This document shows, piece by piece, positions 45,448 through 54,414 of a stretch of 64,000 nucleotides of DNA. Location of the stretch: assembly GCF_004104415.1 (NCBI RefSeq), contig NZ_CP034669.1. One strand, given 5' to 3'. The DNA is from Corallococcus coralloides. GTDB lineage: Bacteria > Myxococcota > Myxococcia > Myxococcales > Myxococcaceae. The notes under the pieces were generated by a model. The model ran no database searches. It was not told where the DNA came from and saw only the letters and a program-made list of their open reading frames with translations. The first letter of the stretch is position 1. The number at the start of each line of letters is the position of its first letter. The translations under genes were made by a program, and so were the position numbers.

Positions 45448-47957
45448 GGCGTCTCCTCCGCGACCCCGGTGGCCGGCGTGGCGCCCTGCGCGTCACCCAG
45501 TCCATAGAGGCCCTGCAAGCGGTCCTTCCATTCCCGCACCTGGGCGGCGCGGGGGGCCGCGCCGGAGGCCAGGTAGCGGCGCCAGGCGTCCACGGCCTCG
45601 GCGGGTTCATGCCGGCGCTCCTGCGCGTCGATGCCCAGGTTGAGCGACGCGACAGGCACGGCGGTCTCCAAACGCTTCCACGTCGCGAGCGCCGAAGCGC
45701 TGTCGCCCTTGCGCCAGTCCACGCACGCCAGGTTGTGCTGCACCAGCGCGTCGTCCGGCGTCGCGGCGAGCGCGGCCTTCAGCGCCTTCTGCGACGCCTT
45801 CATGTTGCCGGAGGCGTACGCGAGCGCCGCCTCACGCCGCAGCAGCGCGCCGGTGAGGTTGCCCATCCACTTCGGCTGCCCGGGCATGGGCTTCCTCTGG
45901 GCGGCGGTGAGCAGCCTGCGCGAGGGCGCCACCTTGCCCTGGCGGTAGAGCACCCACGCGTCCGCGAGCGCGCGCGTGTTGGGCCACGCCCACTCCGGCG
46001 TGGGCGTGAGGGAGCGCTTGAGGCCCGCGGTGGCCTCCGCGAACCGTCCCTCCTCCGCGCGCGTGAGCGCCCGGGCGAAGGCGGCCAGCTTCGCCAGGTC
46101 CGCGCGCTTGCCGGTGCCCAGGCGGTCCACCGCGTCCAGGTCCCGGTTCGCCGCGACGGCGTCGCCTGTCTCCAGCTTCGCCAGGGCCCGGCGCACCAGC
46201 ACGCGAGGCAGGTTCGCCTCCGCCACCTTCGCGGCCGTCTTGGAGGGCCCCGCGTCCGTCAGCCGCTGCACGGCGGCGTCCACCTGGCCCAGCTCCACCT
46301 CCGCGAGCGCGGCGCCCGCGGACGCCTCCGCGCGCTGATCCGGCTCCTGCGTGGCCTCACCGGACTGATTGAACGCGGCGAGCGCTCCTTGCGCGTCGCC
46401 ACCGCCCAGGCGGGCGTAGCCGAGCAGCAGGTGCTCGCGCCAGGTCACGCCCGGCAGCGTCACCGCGCCCTCCAGCACCTTGCGGGCCTCCGCGAACTGG
46501 CGGTGGTCCAGGAGCGCCGCGCCCAGCCGGCGGGCCATGGGCACGGAGCGGTCCAGGTCATACGCGCGGCGCAGGTCGCGCACGGCGTCTTCCAGGCGCT
46601 GGGTGCCGGCGCGCTCTCTCGCGCGGTGGGCCAGGGCCCGGGCCAGCCACTGCTTCGCGCCGGGGTGGCCGGGTTCGACCTGGAGCGCGCTGCCGTAGTC
46701 CTCGATGGCCTGATCCCACTGGCCGGTGGCGAAGTGATCCGCGCCCAGCAGCATGTGGCCCAGCGCCTGGCGCGGGGCCATCTCCACCACGCGCCGGTGC
46801 ACCTCCACCGCGCGCTGGTAGCGGCCGGCGCGGCGGTTGACGGAGCCCAGCGTCGCCCACAGCTCCAGGCTGCCGCCGCCCGACTTCACGGCGGACTCCA
46901 GGAACTGGATGGCCTCTTCGTGGCGCGCCTGCGCCTGGAGCGCCTTGCCCACGGCGATCTGCCCCATCAGCAGGCCCGGCTGCAGCTCCAGCACCTTGCG
47001 GAACTCCGCCTCCGCCTGCGCGGGCTGCTTCTGCGCGAGCCGCACGTCACCCAGCAAGAGGTGCGAGGCGGGCGTGGAGCCCAGCTTCATCAGGGCGGTG
47101 GCCTGCAGGTCCGCGCGCGGCACGTCGCCCGCGGACAGGTACAGGCGCGCGAGGCGCTCCTTCGGCTCCGCCACCTGCGGGAACTTCGTCACCAGCCGCT
47201 CCAGCAGCGCGCGGGACTCCGGCGCGTGGCCTTCCATCTCCAGCACGGCCGCGAGGCCGATCTGCGCGGTCGCGGACTCGGCCCGGCCGGCCTGCGCCTT
47301 CTCGAACGAGGCGCGCGCGGCACCAGCGTCCCGGCGGATGAGGTGCGCCTTGCCCAGGAGCTCGTGGATCTGGAAGTCGTTGCCCGCGAGCCTCTCCGGG
47401 CGCAGCACCAGGTAGCGCTGCAGCCGCGTCACGGCCCGGTTCCCGTCCTGGACGTACAGGTAGTAGCTGGCCAGGTAGTAGTGGACGATGAGGTGGTCCG
47501 GCTGATCCGCGGCGGCCACCTGCTCCAGCACCGGCACCGCCTCCTGGAAGCGGCGCAGCTTGAAGTACGCGGTGCCCAGCGGGTACGCGAGCGACAGGTC
47601 CCGCGGGTTCTGCGCGAACACCGGCGCAAGGCGCGTGGCCGTGCGCTGGAAGTCCTGGAGCGCGTTGGCGGCGCTGCCCAGGCCCGCGGCGGCGAACACG
47701 GACTGCGGCTCCTGCGTGAGCGCCTGCTCGAAGAGCTGGAGCGCCTTGGTGAATTTCTCCTGCGCCTCCTTCCTGTCGCCCTTGGCGAGGGCGGCGTTGG
47801 CGGACACGAGGGTCTGCTCGCCCTGCTCCGTCATGCGCTGCGCCTCGGTGGCGGGCGGTGGGCGGAACTGGGCGAGCGCCGCCGGCGGGCCGGCCAGGGT
47901 GGCCAGCAGGGCGAGCGCGGTGCAGACGCGGCGCGGGGAACGGTTGAATGGGCGCAT
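45444..47957 (-). CDS. periplasmic TPR-repeat protein
   Basis: The start MRPFNRSP...ALAQ gives a signal peptide. About 14 TPR-like helical repeats follow. The upstream Arg-rich extension of the ORF was rejected. Confidence 0.75.
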   Translation of the reverse strand: MRPFNRSPRRVCTALALLATLAGPPAALAQFRPPPATEAQRMTEQGEQTLVSANAALAKGDRKEAQEKFTKALQLFEQALTQEPQSVFAAAGLGSAANALQDFQRTATRLAPVFAQNPRDLSLAYPLGTAYFKLRRFQEAVPVLEQVAAADQPDHLIVHYYLASYYLYVQDGNRAVTRLQRYLVLRPERLAGNDFQIHELLGKAHLIRRDAGAARASFEKAQAGRAESATAQIGLAAVLEMEGHAPESRALLERLVTKFPQVAEPKERLARLYLSAGDVPRADLQATALMKLGSTPASHLLLGDVRLAQKQPAQAEAEFRKVLELQPGLLMGQIAVGKALQAQARHEEAIQFLESAVKSGGGSLELWATLGSVNRRAGRYQRAVEVHRRVVEMAPRQALGHMLLGADHFATGQWDQAIEDYGSALQVEPGHPGAKQWLARALAHRARERAGTQRLEDAVRDLRRAYDLDRSVPMARRLGAALLDHRQFAEARKVLEGAVTLPGVTWREHLLLGYARLGGGDAQGALAAFNQSGEATQEPDQRAEASAGAALAEVELGQVDAAVQRLTDAGPSKTAAKVAEANLPRVLVRRALAKLETGDAVAANRDLDAVDRLGTGKRADLAKLAAFARALTRAEEGRFAEATAGLKRSLTPTPEWAWPNTRALADAWVLYRQGKVAPSRRLLTAAQRKPMPGQPKWMGNLTGALLRREAALAYASGNMKASQKALKAALAATPDDALVQHNLACVDWRKGDSASALATWKRLETAVPVASLNLGIDAQERRHEPAEAVDAWRRYLASGAAPRAAQVREWKDRLQGLYGLGDAQGATPATGVAEETP

Positions 47958-47965
47958 GCGGTTCG

Positions 47966-49765
47966 TCACGGAGAGGGGGCGGGGCTGAATTCGGCGACGA
48001 TGACGGTGATGTCGTCGCGCTGGGGCTGGCCGGCGCTGTACGCGCGCACGTCCGCGAGGAGCGCGTCGCGAAGGGCATCGGCGGGGAGGTGGGCGTGGGC
48101 CTGGAGCGCGGCGGCCAGCCGCTGCGTGCCGTAGAGCCGGTTGGCGCCGTCGCGCGCCTCGGTGAGGCCGTCCGTGTACCAGACGATGATGTCGCCGGGG
48201 CTCAGCTGCGCCTGGCGCGACGTGAACTGCGAGGCCACGTTCGCGCCCAGCAGCGGACCGCGCGCCGGCAGCGACGCCATCTGCCGCGTGTTCCGGTTGT
48301 AGATGGCCGCGGCAGGGTGGGCGCCCGCCGCGTAGTCGATGCTGCCGCTGTACACGTCGATGACCGCGAGCGCGCTGGACATCTGGTGCTCGCCGCGGCC
48401 CACGTTGGCCAGCGTCACGTTGAGCGCGGTGATCAGCATCTGCGCGTGCACCTGCGACGGCTCGCGCAGCGTCATGGCGGAGGCGAAGCCGCTGGTGGCG
48501 CTGGTGGCGACCAGCGACGTGGACAGGCCGTGGCCCGTCACGTCTCCAATGCCAATCACCACGCGCCGGTCGTCCAGCGCGGCGCGGAACCACCAGTCGC
48601 CGCCGCACGCGTCCGCGGGAACCACCAGTCCAGCGAGCCGCAGCGGGCCCACCGTCACGGCCTCGCGGCCCGGCAGGAGCGTCTCCTGCACCGTGCGCGC
48701 GAGCGACACCTCGCGCTCCAGCTGCGCCTTGGCGCGCACGTCCTCCAGCAGGACCTTGATGCGCTCCGCCATGTGGTTGAACACCACGCCCAGCGTCGTC
48801 ACCTCGCGGCCCGCGCCCGGCGCCGTGCCCGCGCGCGCGCCCAGGTCACCGGCGGCCAGCTGCATCACGCGGTGGGTGAGCACGCCCAGCGGCTTGGTGA
48901 TGCGGCGGCTCTGGAACGCGGCCAGCACGCCGGCCAGCACCACGAAGCCCAGGCCCAGCCCCACGATGCGCAGCGTGTTGGCGCGCACGGAGGCGCGGTT
49001 GTTCTCCTCCAGCTCGTGCAGCTGCTTCTGCAGGTCCTCCAGCGAGTAGCTGATGACCACCACGCCCTTGCCGGACTGCGAGCCGTAGTCGAGCGGCTCC
49101 TGGAACTCGAAGACGGGCTGGCCGTTGAAGAAGGCGCTGGCCCAGCGGCGCTCCGCGGTGCGGCCTCCGGAGGACTCGCCCAGCCTGGCGGCCGGGTCGC
49201 TGTCCGCGACGAGCTGCCCGTCCGCGTCGAACATCTGCACGCGCAGGATGTTGTGGTTGTCCGCGATGATGGAGCGCGCCACTTCCGTGAGGAACGCGTA
49301 GTTGTTGTCACGCAGGCTGGTGGCGGAGGTGAGCGCCAGCGTGTGGCTCACCGTCTGGCCCAGCTCGCGCGCCTGGGACTGGAGCCGCTGCGTGAAGCGG
49401 TCCGACGTCGCGGTGAGCTGCGCCTCCGTCGTCTTCGCGGACAGCGCGGCCAGGAGGCCCACGATCACGATGACCAGCGCGCCCGTGGTGAGCAGCAGCA
49501 GCTGATCCAACCGCAGCCCGCGGATGGCCGCCACGTTGGGCAGCTCGCCGGCCTCCATGGGCGCGATGACCGTGCTCGTGGGCTCCGCGGCCGGCAGCCC
49601 CAGCGCACCCGTCAGCCGGGTGGCCGTGTGCTCACCGCGCAGGGCGGTGAGCTCCCGGGAATGGGTGCCGGTGTACTCCGGAGGAGGAGGCGGGGTGCCG
49701 GGCGCCGCATCGGACGCATCAGATGATTCGGGCACGGGGTCGAGGCGCGTGTTCGTACGGGACAA
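47966..49765 (-). CDS. membrane-bound PP2C-type Ser phosphatase (SpoIIE/RsbU family) with periplasmic sensor domain and HAMP
   Basis: Two TM helices flank a ~200-aa sensor domain. A HAMP segment is present. The PP2C motifs are GGDWW, GDVTGHG and DGLTEA. Confidence 0.85.
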   Translation of the reverse strand: MSRTNTRLDPVPESSDASDAAPGTPPPPPEYTGTHSRELTALRGEHTATRLTGALGLPAAEPTSTVIAPMEAGELPNVAAIRGLRLDQLLLLTTGALVIVIVGLLAALSAKTTEAQLTATSDRFTQRLQSQARELGQTVSHTLALTSATSLRDNNYAFLTEVARSIIADNHNILRVQMFDADGQLVADSDPAARLGESSGGRTAERRWASAFFNGQPVFEFQEPLDYGSQSGKGVVVISYSLEDLQKQLHELEENNRASVRANTLRIVGLGLGFVVLAGVLAAFQSRRITKPLGVLTHRVMQLAAGDLGARAGTAPGAGREVTTLGVVFNHMAERIKVLLEDVRAKAQLEREVSLARTVQETLLPGREAVTVGPLRLAGLVVPADACGGDWWFRAALDDRRVVIGIGDVTGHGLSTSLVATSATSGFASAMTLREPSQVHAQMLITALNVTLANVGRGEHQMSSALAVIDVYSGSIDYAAGAHPAAAIYNRNTRQMASLPARGPLLGANVASQFTSRQAQLSPGDIIVWYTDGLTEARDGANRLYGTQRLAAALQAHAHLPADALRDALLADVRAYSAGQPQRDDITVIVAEFSPAPSP

Positions 49766-50110
49766 AGGCAGACCTGAGGGAGCCCGCGTCGGAAGTACGC
49801 GGTCGGGGCGGAGCGGACTCTATCTCACTTCCTGATTGACGCGAGGAGTCCACCTGTCGGGCGATTCCTCGCGGCCGCCCCCTCACCCGGCCCCCCAACA
49901 GCCGTGCGATCAGCCCGGACCCGGAGCGTCCGCCCCCCTGAAGAAGCAGCACGTCACGGGGGCATGGATGAGTTCCGCTCATTGCCGCGTCGCGCCACCC
50001 GGGGGCCGAAAGGTGATGGCGAACACCCGTGACATCAGGGTCCTTGAGTCGGGAGGCCGCGTTCGGAGTATAGGGGCGTCCCTTTCTTTCCCCTTCGAGG
50101 TCCTCCGCCC

Positions 50111-51118
50111 GTGTCACGGCCCCGGTTGATCAAAGAAAACTCCGCGCCGCTCTCCCTGCCCCGAGAGCAGCTCATCCGCATCCATGACCTGATGGTGAAG
50201 GCGCGCGTCCTGGAGGAGCGCCTGATCCAGATGTACAAGCAGGGTCACGGCTACTTCTGGATCGGCGGTCCCGGTGAGGAGGCGTTCAACGTCCCCCTGG
50301 GCATGCTGATGAAGGTCGGCGAGGGCCCGGCCTACGACTACCTGCACGCGCACTACCGCCAGTCCGCGACGCTGCTCGCCATGGGCGAGGAGCCCATCGG
50401 GGCGCTGCGGCAGATGAAGAACACGGCCACGGACCCCTACTCCGGCGGCCGCAACTTCGCGGGCCACTTCAGCCGGCGCTCGAAGAACATCGCGCCCGTC
50501 ACCTCCCCCATCGAGGTGCAGTACGCCGTCGCGCCGGGCACGGCCATGGCCCAGAAGCGCCACGGCGGCGACGGCATCACCATCGTCACCGGCGGCGACG
50601 CGGGCACGGCCGAGGGCGACTTCGCCAGCTGCCTCATCTGGAGCAGCCGCCCGGCCAACCCGCTGCCCATCCTGATCGTCGTCACCAACAACAAGTGGGG
50701 CATCAGCACCACTTCGGACGGCCAGCACGGCGAGACGAACATCAGCGACCGCGCGCGCGCCTTCAACATCCAGGCGAAGACCATCAACGGCAATGATCCG
50801 GTGGAGTCCTACCAGGAGCTCCAGGCCGCGATGGAGTACGTGCGCAAGGAGCGCAAGCCCTTCTTCATCGAGGCGCGCGTGTCGCGCCTGTACGGGCACT
50901 CGTCCGCGTCCGGCGCCAACTTCGTGAACGAGGAGCAGGACTGCCTGCGCCTCTTCGAAGCGCGGCTGGAGCAGGAGGGCGTCCTCAGCCGCGAGCAGAT
51001 GGACGAGGCGCGCAACCGGTACTCGGAGGAGCTGGCCGCCGCGGCGCGCACCGTGCGTGACGAGCCGCAGCCCTCTGGCGACTCCATCTGGGAACACATC
51101 TACGCGGAGAAGAAATAA
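50111..51118 (+). CDS. 2-oxo acid dehydrogenase E1 component alpha subunit (TPP-dependent; branched-chain type)
   Basis: The TPP-binding motif reads GDGxxxEG...NN (GGDAGTAEGDF...VTNNKW). It uses a GTG start. Confidence 0.9.
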   Translation: MSRPRLIKENSAPLSLPREQLIRIHDLMVKARVLEERLIQMYKQGHGYFWIGGPGEEAFNVPLGMLMKVGEGPAYDYLHAHYRQSATLLAMGEEPIGALRQMKNTATDPYSGGRNFAGHFSRRSKNIAPVTSPIEVQYAVAPGTAMAQKRHGGDGITIVTGGDAGTAEGDFASCLIWSSRPANPLPILIVVTNNKWGISTTSDGQHGETNISDRARAFNIQAKTINGNDPVESYQELQAAMEYVRKERKPFFIEARVSRLYGHSSASGANFVNEEQDCLRLFEARLEQEGVLSREQMDEARNRYSEELAAAARTVRDEPQPSGDSIWEHIYAEKK

Positions 51119-51120
51119 CC

Positions 51121-52176
51121 ATGGCGAACATGGCACAGGCCATCCGCATGGCCCTGCACTACGCGGAAGAGAACCTGGGCGTCACCGACATCTTCGGCGA
51201 GGACGTGGGCGCCCCGCTGGGCGGCGTCTTCACCTGCACGCAGGGCCTGAAGACGGCGTGGAACAGCCCCCTGGACGAGCGCGGCATCATCGGCGCGGCC
51301 ATGGGCCTGGCGATGGCGGGCCACCGCCCGGTCGCGGAGATCCAGTTCTGCGACTACATCTACAACACCATCGACCTGCTCAAGCTGGCGGGCAACACGC
51401 ACTGGTCCACGAACGGTGACTGGGCGGTGCCCATGGTGGTGCGCACGCCCGTGGGCAGCGGCATCCGCGGGTCGCTGTACCACTCGCATTCCTTCGACGC
51501 GACGATGACGCACATCCCCGGCTGGAAGGTCGTCATGCCCTCCACGCCGCTGGACGCGTACGGCCTGCTCATCTCCGCGTGCCAGGACCCCAACCCCGTC
51601 ATGTTCCTGGAGCCCAAGGCGCTCTTGCGCGTGAAGGGCGAGGAGCGCATCCCCGGCGAGCCCGACGACGACCGCGCGCTGTCGAAGATGATCGACGCGC
51701 CCCTGGGGGACCGCACGCAGTGGAAGCCCCAGTGGCCCCTGGTGGAGGCGTTCGCCATCCCCATTGGCAAGGGCAAGCTCGTGCGCGAGGGCACCCAGGC
51801 CACCGTCATCAGCTACGGCCGCACCATGCCCCTGTGCATCAAGGCCGCCGCCCAGCTGGCGGAGGAGGGCCTGAGCGTGGAGGTCATCGACCTGCGCTCG
51901 CTCTGGCCGTACGACTGGGAGATGATCAAGGCCTCCGTCCAGAAGACGGGCCGCGTGCTCTTCGTCAACGAGGACACGGAGGTCACCAACTTCGGCGAGC
52001 ACCTGCTCCGTCGCACCGTGGAGGAGCTGTTCTACTCGCTGCTCGCGCCGCCCCGGCTGGTCGCCGGCAAGTTCATCCCGGGCATCGGCCTGGCGGACGC
52101 GCTGGAGATGGCGTCCGTGCCGCAGCAGAACGACATCACCACCGCCCTGCGCTCGCTCTGCCGCGAGCAGCCGTAG
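51121..52176 (+). CDS. 2-oxo acid dehydrogenase E1 component beta subunit
   Basis: A transketolase-like pyrimidine-binding domain (EDVG...GGVF) is present. The C-terminal domain follows. It starts 3 nt after the E1 alpha stop. Confidence 0.9.
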   Translation: MANMAQAIRMALHYAEENLGVTDIFGEDVGAPLGGVFTCTQGLKTAWNSPLDERGIIGAAMGLAMAGHRPVAEIQFCDYIYNTIDLLKLAGNTHWSTNGDWAVPMVVRTPVGSGIRGSLYHSHSFDATMTHIPGWKVVMPSTPLDAYGLLISACQDPNPVMFLEPKALLRVKGEERIPGEPDDDRALSKMIDAPLGDRTQWKPQWPLVEAFAIPIGKGKLVREGTQATVISYGRTMPLCIKAAAQLAEEGLSVEVIDLRSLWPYDWEMIKASVQKTGRVLFVNEDTEVTNFGEHLLRRTVEELFYSLLAPPRLVAGKFIPGIGLADALEMASVPQQNDITTALRSLCREQP

Positions 52177-52214
52177 GCCTGCTCGGGTTCCACCCACACC
52201 GCAGAAAGACATCC

Positions 52215-52247
52215 GGGCCGCCGTTCCTCTTTGGAGGCCGGCGGCCC
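52215..52247 (+). terminator. hairpin downstream of the E1 beta gene
   Basis: The inverted repeat is gggccgccg ... cggcggccc. It lies 40 nt after the stop. The T-tract is weak. Confidence 0.35.
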
Positions 52248-52290
52248 AGTCGTTAGAATCCCAACTTCCGTGTCCCAGCCCATCGTCCGC

Positions 52291-52761
52291 ACCATGACCC
52301 CCGCCCCAGACGCCAACGCCTTCCGCATCCGCCGCGCGCGTCGCGGTGACGCCGAGGTCATGGCCCAGCTGCTGCGCGAGCTGGGCTACCCCCAGGGCAC
52401 CGATCAGCAGACGGTGCACTGGGTCATCAGCCATCCGGAGATTGAAATCTTCGTCGCGGGAGACCCCCAGGACCGCGCGGTGGGCATGGTGTCCTTCTCC
52501 CACCGGCCGCAGCTGCGGCTGCGCGGGCGCGTGGCCACCGTGGACGAGCTGGTGGTGTCCGAGGGCTGGCGCCGCCGGGGCGTGGGCCGCGCGCTGCTCG
52601 CGCAGGTGGCGCAGCGGGGCAAGGTGCTGAGCGTGAAGCAGCTGCAGCTCATCGCCCCCATCAACGTCACGGACGAGACGCGCGCCTTCTACCGGGCGTG
52701 CGGCTACGTGGAAGGTGACTCCGGGGTGTTCCGCCACTCGGAGTACGAGCCCCAGAAGTAG
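52291..52761 (+). CDS. GNAT-family N-acetyltransferase
   Basis: The acetyl-CoA binding motif reads RRRGVGRALLAQV. The start was chosen at MTPAPDAN, downstream of the hairpin. Confidence 0.75.
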   Translation, partial: TMTPAPDANAFRIRRARRGDAEVMAQLLRELGYPQGTDQQTVHWVISHPEIEIFVAGDPQDRAVGMVSFSHRPQLRLRGRVATVDELVVSEGWRRRGVGRALLAQVAQRGKVLSVKQLQLIAPINVTDETRAFYRACGYVEGDSGVFRHSEYEPQK

Positions 52762-52820
52762 CGGGAAGTGCCGCGAGGGCCCGGCATCCTGGCCGGGCGC
52801 CTCCCGCGGCGAAGGCAGCT

Positions 52821-53177
52821 TCAGCGCTTGAAGCTCGCGATGACGCGGCGCAGGCGCTCGTGGTCCTCTTCGCTCACGTCGATGAAGCGCACGCCGATGG
52901 CCTCCGCCTCGTCGCGCACCCAGGCGACGACGCCGATGAGGTGGAACTCCTCCCCGTCGATGACCATGGCCAGCCGCACCTGCGCGCCCACGTCGTAGGA
53001 CTTGCGCGTGCGCAGGCACAGGCCGCCAGCGGACACATTCAGGGAGTAGGCCCGCAGCGCCCTGGCCGCGTCCTCCATCTGCTCGAAGCGCACTTCGAAC
53101 CGCGCCGCCACGCGCTCCTCGGCGCGGCGGTTCATGTACGGGTCTGGCTCCACCGGCCCATCCAACTTCGTGTTCAT
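52821..53177 (-). CDS. PilZ-domain protein
   Basis: RxxxR (RRAEER) and DxSxGG (NVSAGG) c-di-GMP binding motifs are present. Confidence 0.7.
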   Translation of the reverse strand: MNTKLDGPVEPDPYMNRRAEERVAARFEVRFEQMEDAARALRAYSLNVSAGGLCLRTRKSYDVGAQVRLAMVIDGEEFHLIGVVAWVRDEAEAIGVRFIDVSEEDHERLRRVIASFKR

Positions 53178-53304
53178 GCGCACCCTGACCCCCTCGGTTC
53201 TCGGACCGGAAGTGTCGGCTGGTTTCCAGGCCCGGTTCAAGGGCCCCCGGACAACGGAATCGCTCGTGTAAGTCCCAGGCTACTTCGACGCCAGGAGTTT
53301 CCGG

Positions 53305-54198
53305 ATGAGTGCACGTCTCGTGTTGTTGGGTGGAGCCTTGATGCTGGGGCTGTGGGTGGCGGGCTGCGATGACGGCGAGACTGTCCGCCCGCCAACGGAT
53401 GGCGGGACGACCCTGGATTCCGGGACAGACGCCGGAGATTCCGGGGCTGTCGATGCTGGTGATGGCGGCGGCGGTGGAAGCTCCGGCTTCGCGTGCAACG
53501 TGGCGAAGCAGGAGGGCTGCGCCGCGGGCCAGAGCTGTCTGTACACGGACCTGACGGATGGCGGCACGGGCAGCCAGTGCTTCGAGGCCGCGTGCGACGT
53601 GGTCCGCCAGGACTGTCCGTCCGGGCAGCGGTGCACCTACGTGGGAACGGACGGCGGCACCACCGCGCGCCAGTGCGTCGCCGCGGGCACCGCCACGGAG
53701 GGCGCGCCGTGCACGCTGGCCGAGTCGCCTCCGGGGCAGACGTATGACACGTGCGCGGCGGGCCTGTACTGCAAGGACGAGCCGCGGGACGACGGCGGCA
53801 CGGGCTTCTTCTGCCGCAAGCTGTGCCACGCGCTGTCCGACTGCGGCTCCGGCGAGTGCAACACCGTGCTGCGGCTGTCCGGCACGCGCGAGCTGCCGCT
53901 GGTGTGCGGCCCCGCGTCCGCGCGGTGCGATCCGTTCGCGCAGGACTGCGAGAGCCCGCTGGCCTGCTACCCCGCCGCCAACGGCGCGGTGTGCGCGGGC
54001 CAGGGGTCGCTGACGGAGGGCGCCGCGTGCGAGTTCAGCAACCAGTGTTCACAGGGCAGCACCTGCGTGATGGCCGGCGGCGGCGGCACGTGCCGGACGC
54101 TGTGCCGCTTGCCCGCGGGCTCACCGGGGTGCGCGAACGGCGCGACCTGCCGGACCATCAACAACAACGACAGCGACGTGGGAGCCTGCGTCCCGTAG
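53305..54198 (+). CDS. lipoprotein made of Myxococcus-type cysteine-rich repeats
   Basis: The lipobox is VAGC. About six repeats of C-x-G-x-x-C...GG...C, each ~45 aa, are present. A Gly/Asp-rich linker is present. Confidence 0.75.
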   Translation: MSARLVLLGGALMLGLWVAGCDDGETVRPPTDGGTTLDSGTDAGDSGAVDAGDGGGGGSSGFACNVAKQEGCAAGQSCLYTDLTDGGTGSQCFEAACDVVRQDCPSGQRCTYVGTDGGTTARQCVAAGTATEGAPCTLAESPPGQTYDTCAAGLYCKDEPRDDGGTGFFCRKLCHALSDCGSGECNTVLRLSGTRELPLVCGPASARCDPFAQDCESPLACYPAANGAVCAGQGSLTEGAACEFSNQCSQGSTCVMAGGGGTCRTLCRLPAGSPGCANGATCRTINNNDSDVGACVP

Positions 54199-54414
54199 GC
54201 AACGGATTGCCCACGGAAGGAAGCGCCCCTGCCCGGGGTGGCGAGCGCGCGGGTCCTCCAGGGGTCCGGCCCGCCACCTCCTGGGGGCAGCCCTGCGCTG
54301 GCCGTGCCCGTCTTGGGGATGTTCGCGGTCCGCGGCGATTGGCGCGCGCCATGAAACCCCGGGTCGCCACGCGGGCACATCGTGCACATTGTCTTGCGCC
54401 GGGAGGTCGTGGGC

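Noticed and set aside
45435-49726. 899-aa and 592-aa + ORFs antisense to the TPR and PP2C genes, plus the Arg-rich 5' extension of the TPR ORF (47958-48608)
   Set aside because: These are compositional artefacts. The TPR gene start was reset to the Met that precedes a signal peptide.
51100-53829. 909-aa minus ORF covering the E1 beta, GNAT and PilZ region
   Set aside because: It is antisense to the motif-bearing E1 beta and GNAT genes. Only the PilZ-containing segment (52821-53177) is kept as a real minus gene.
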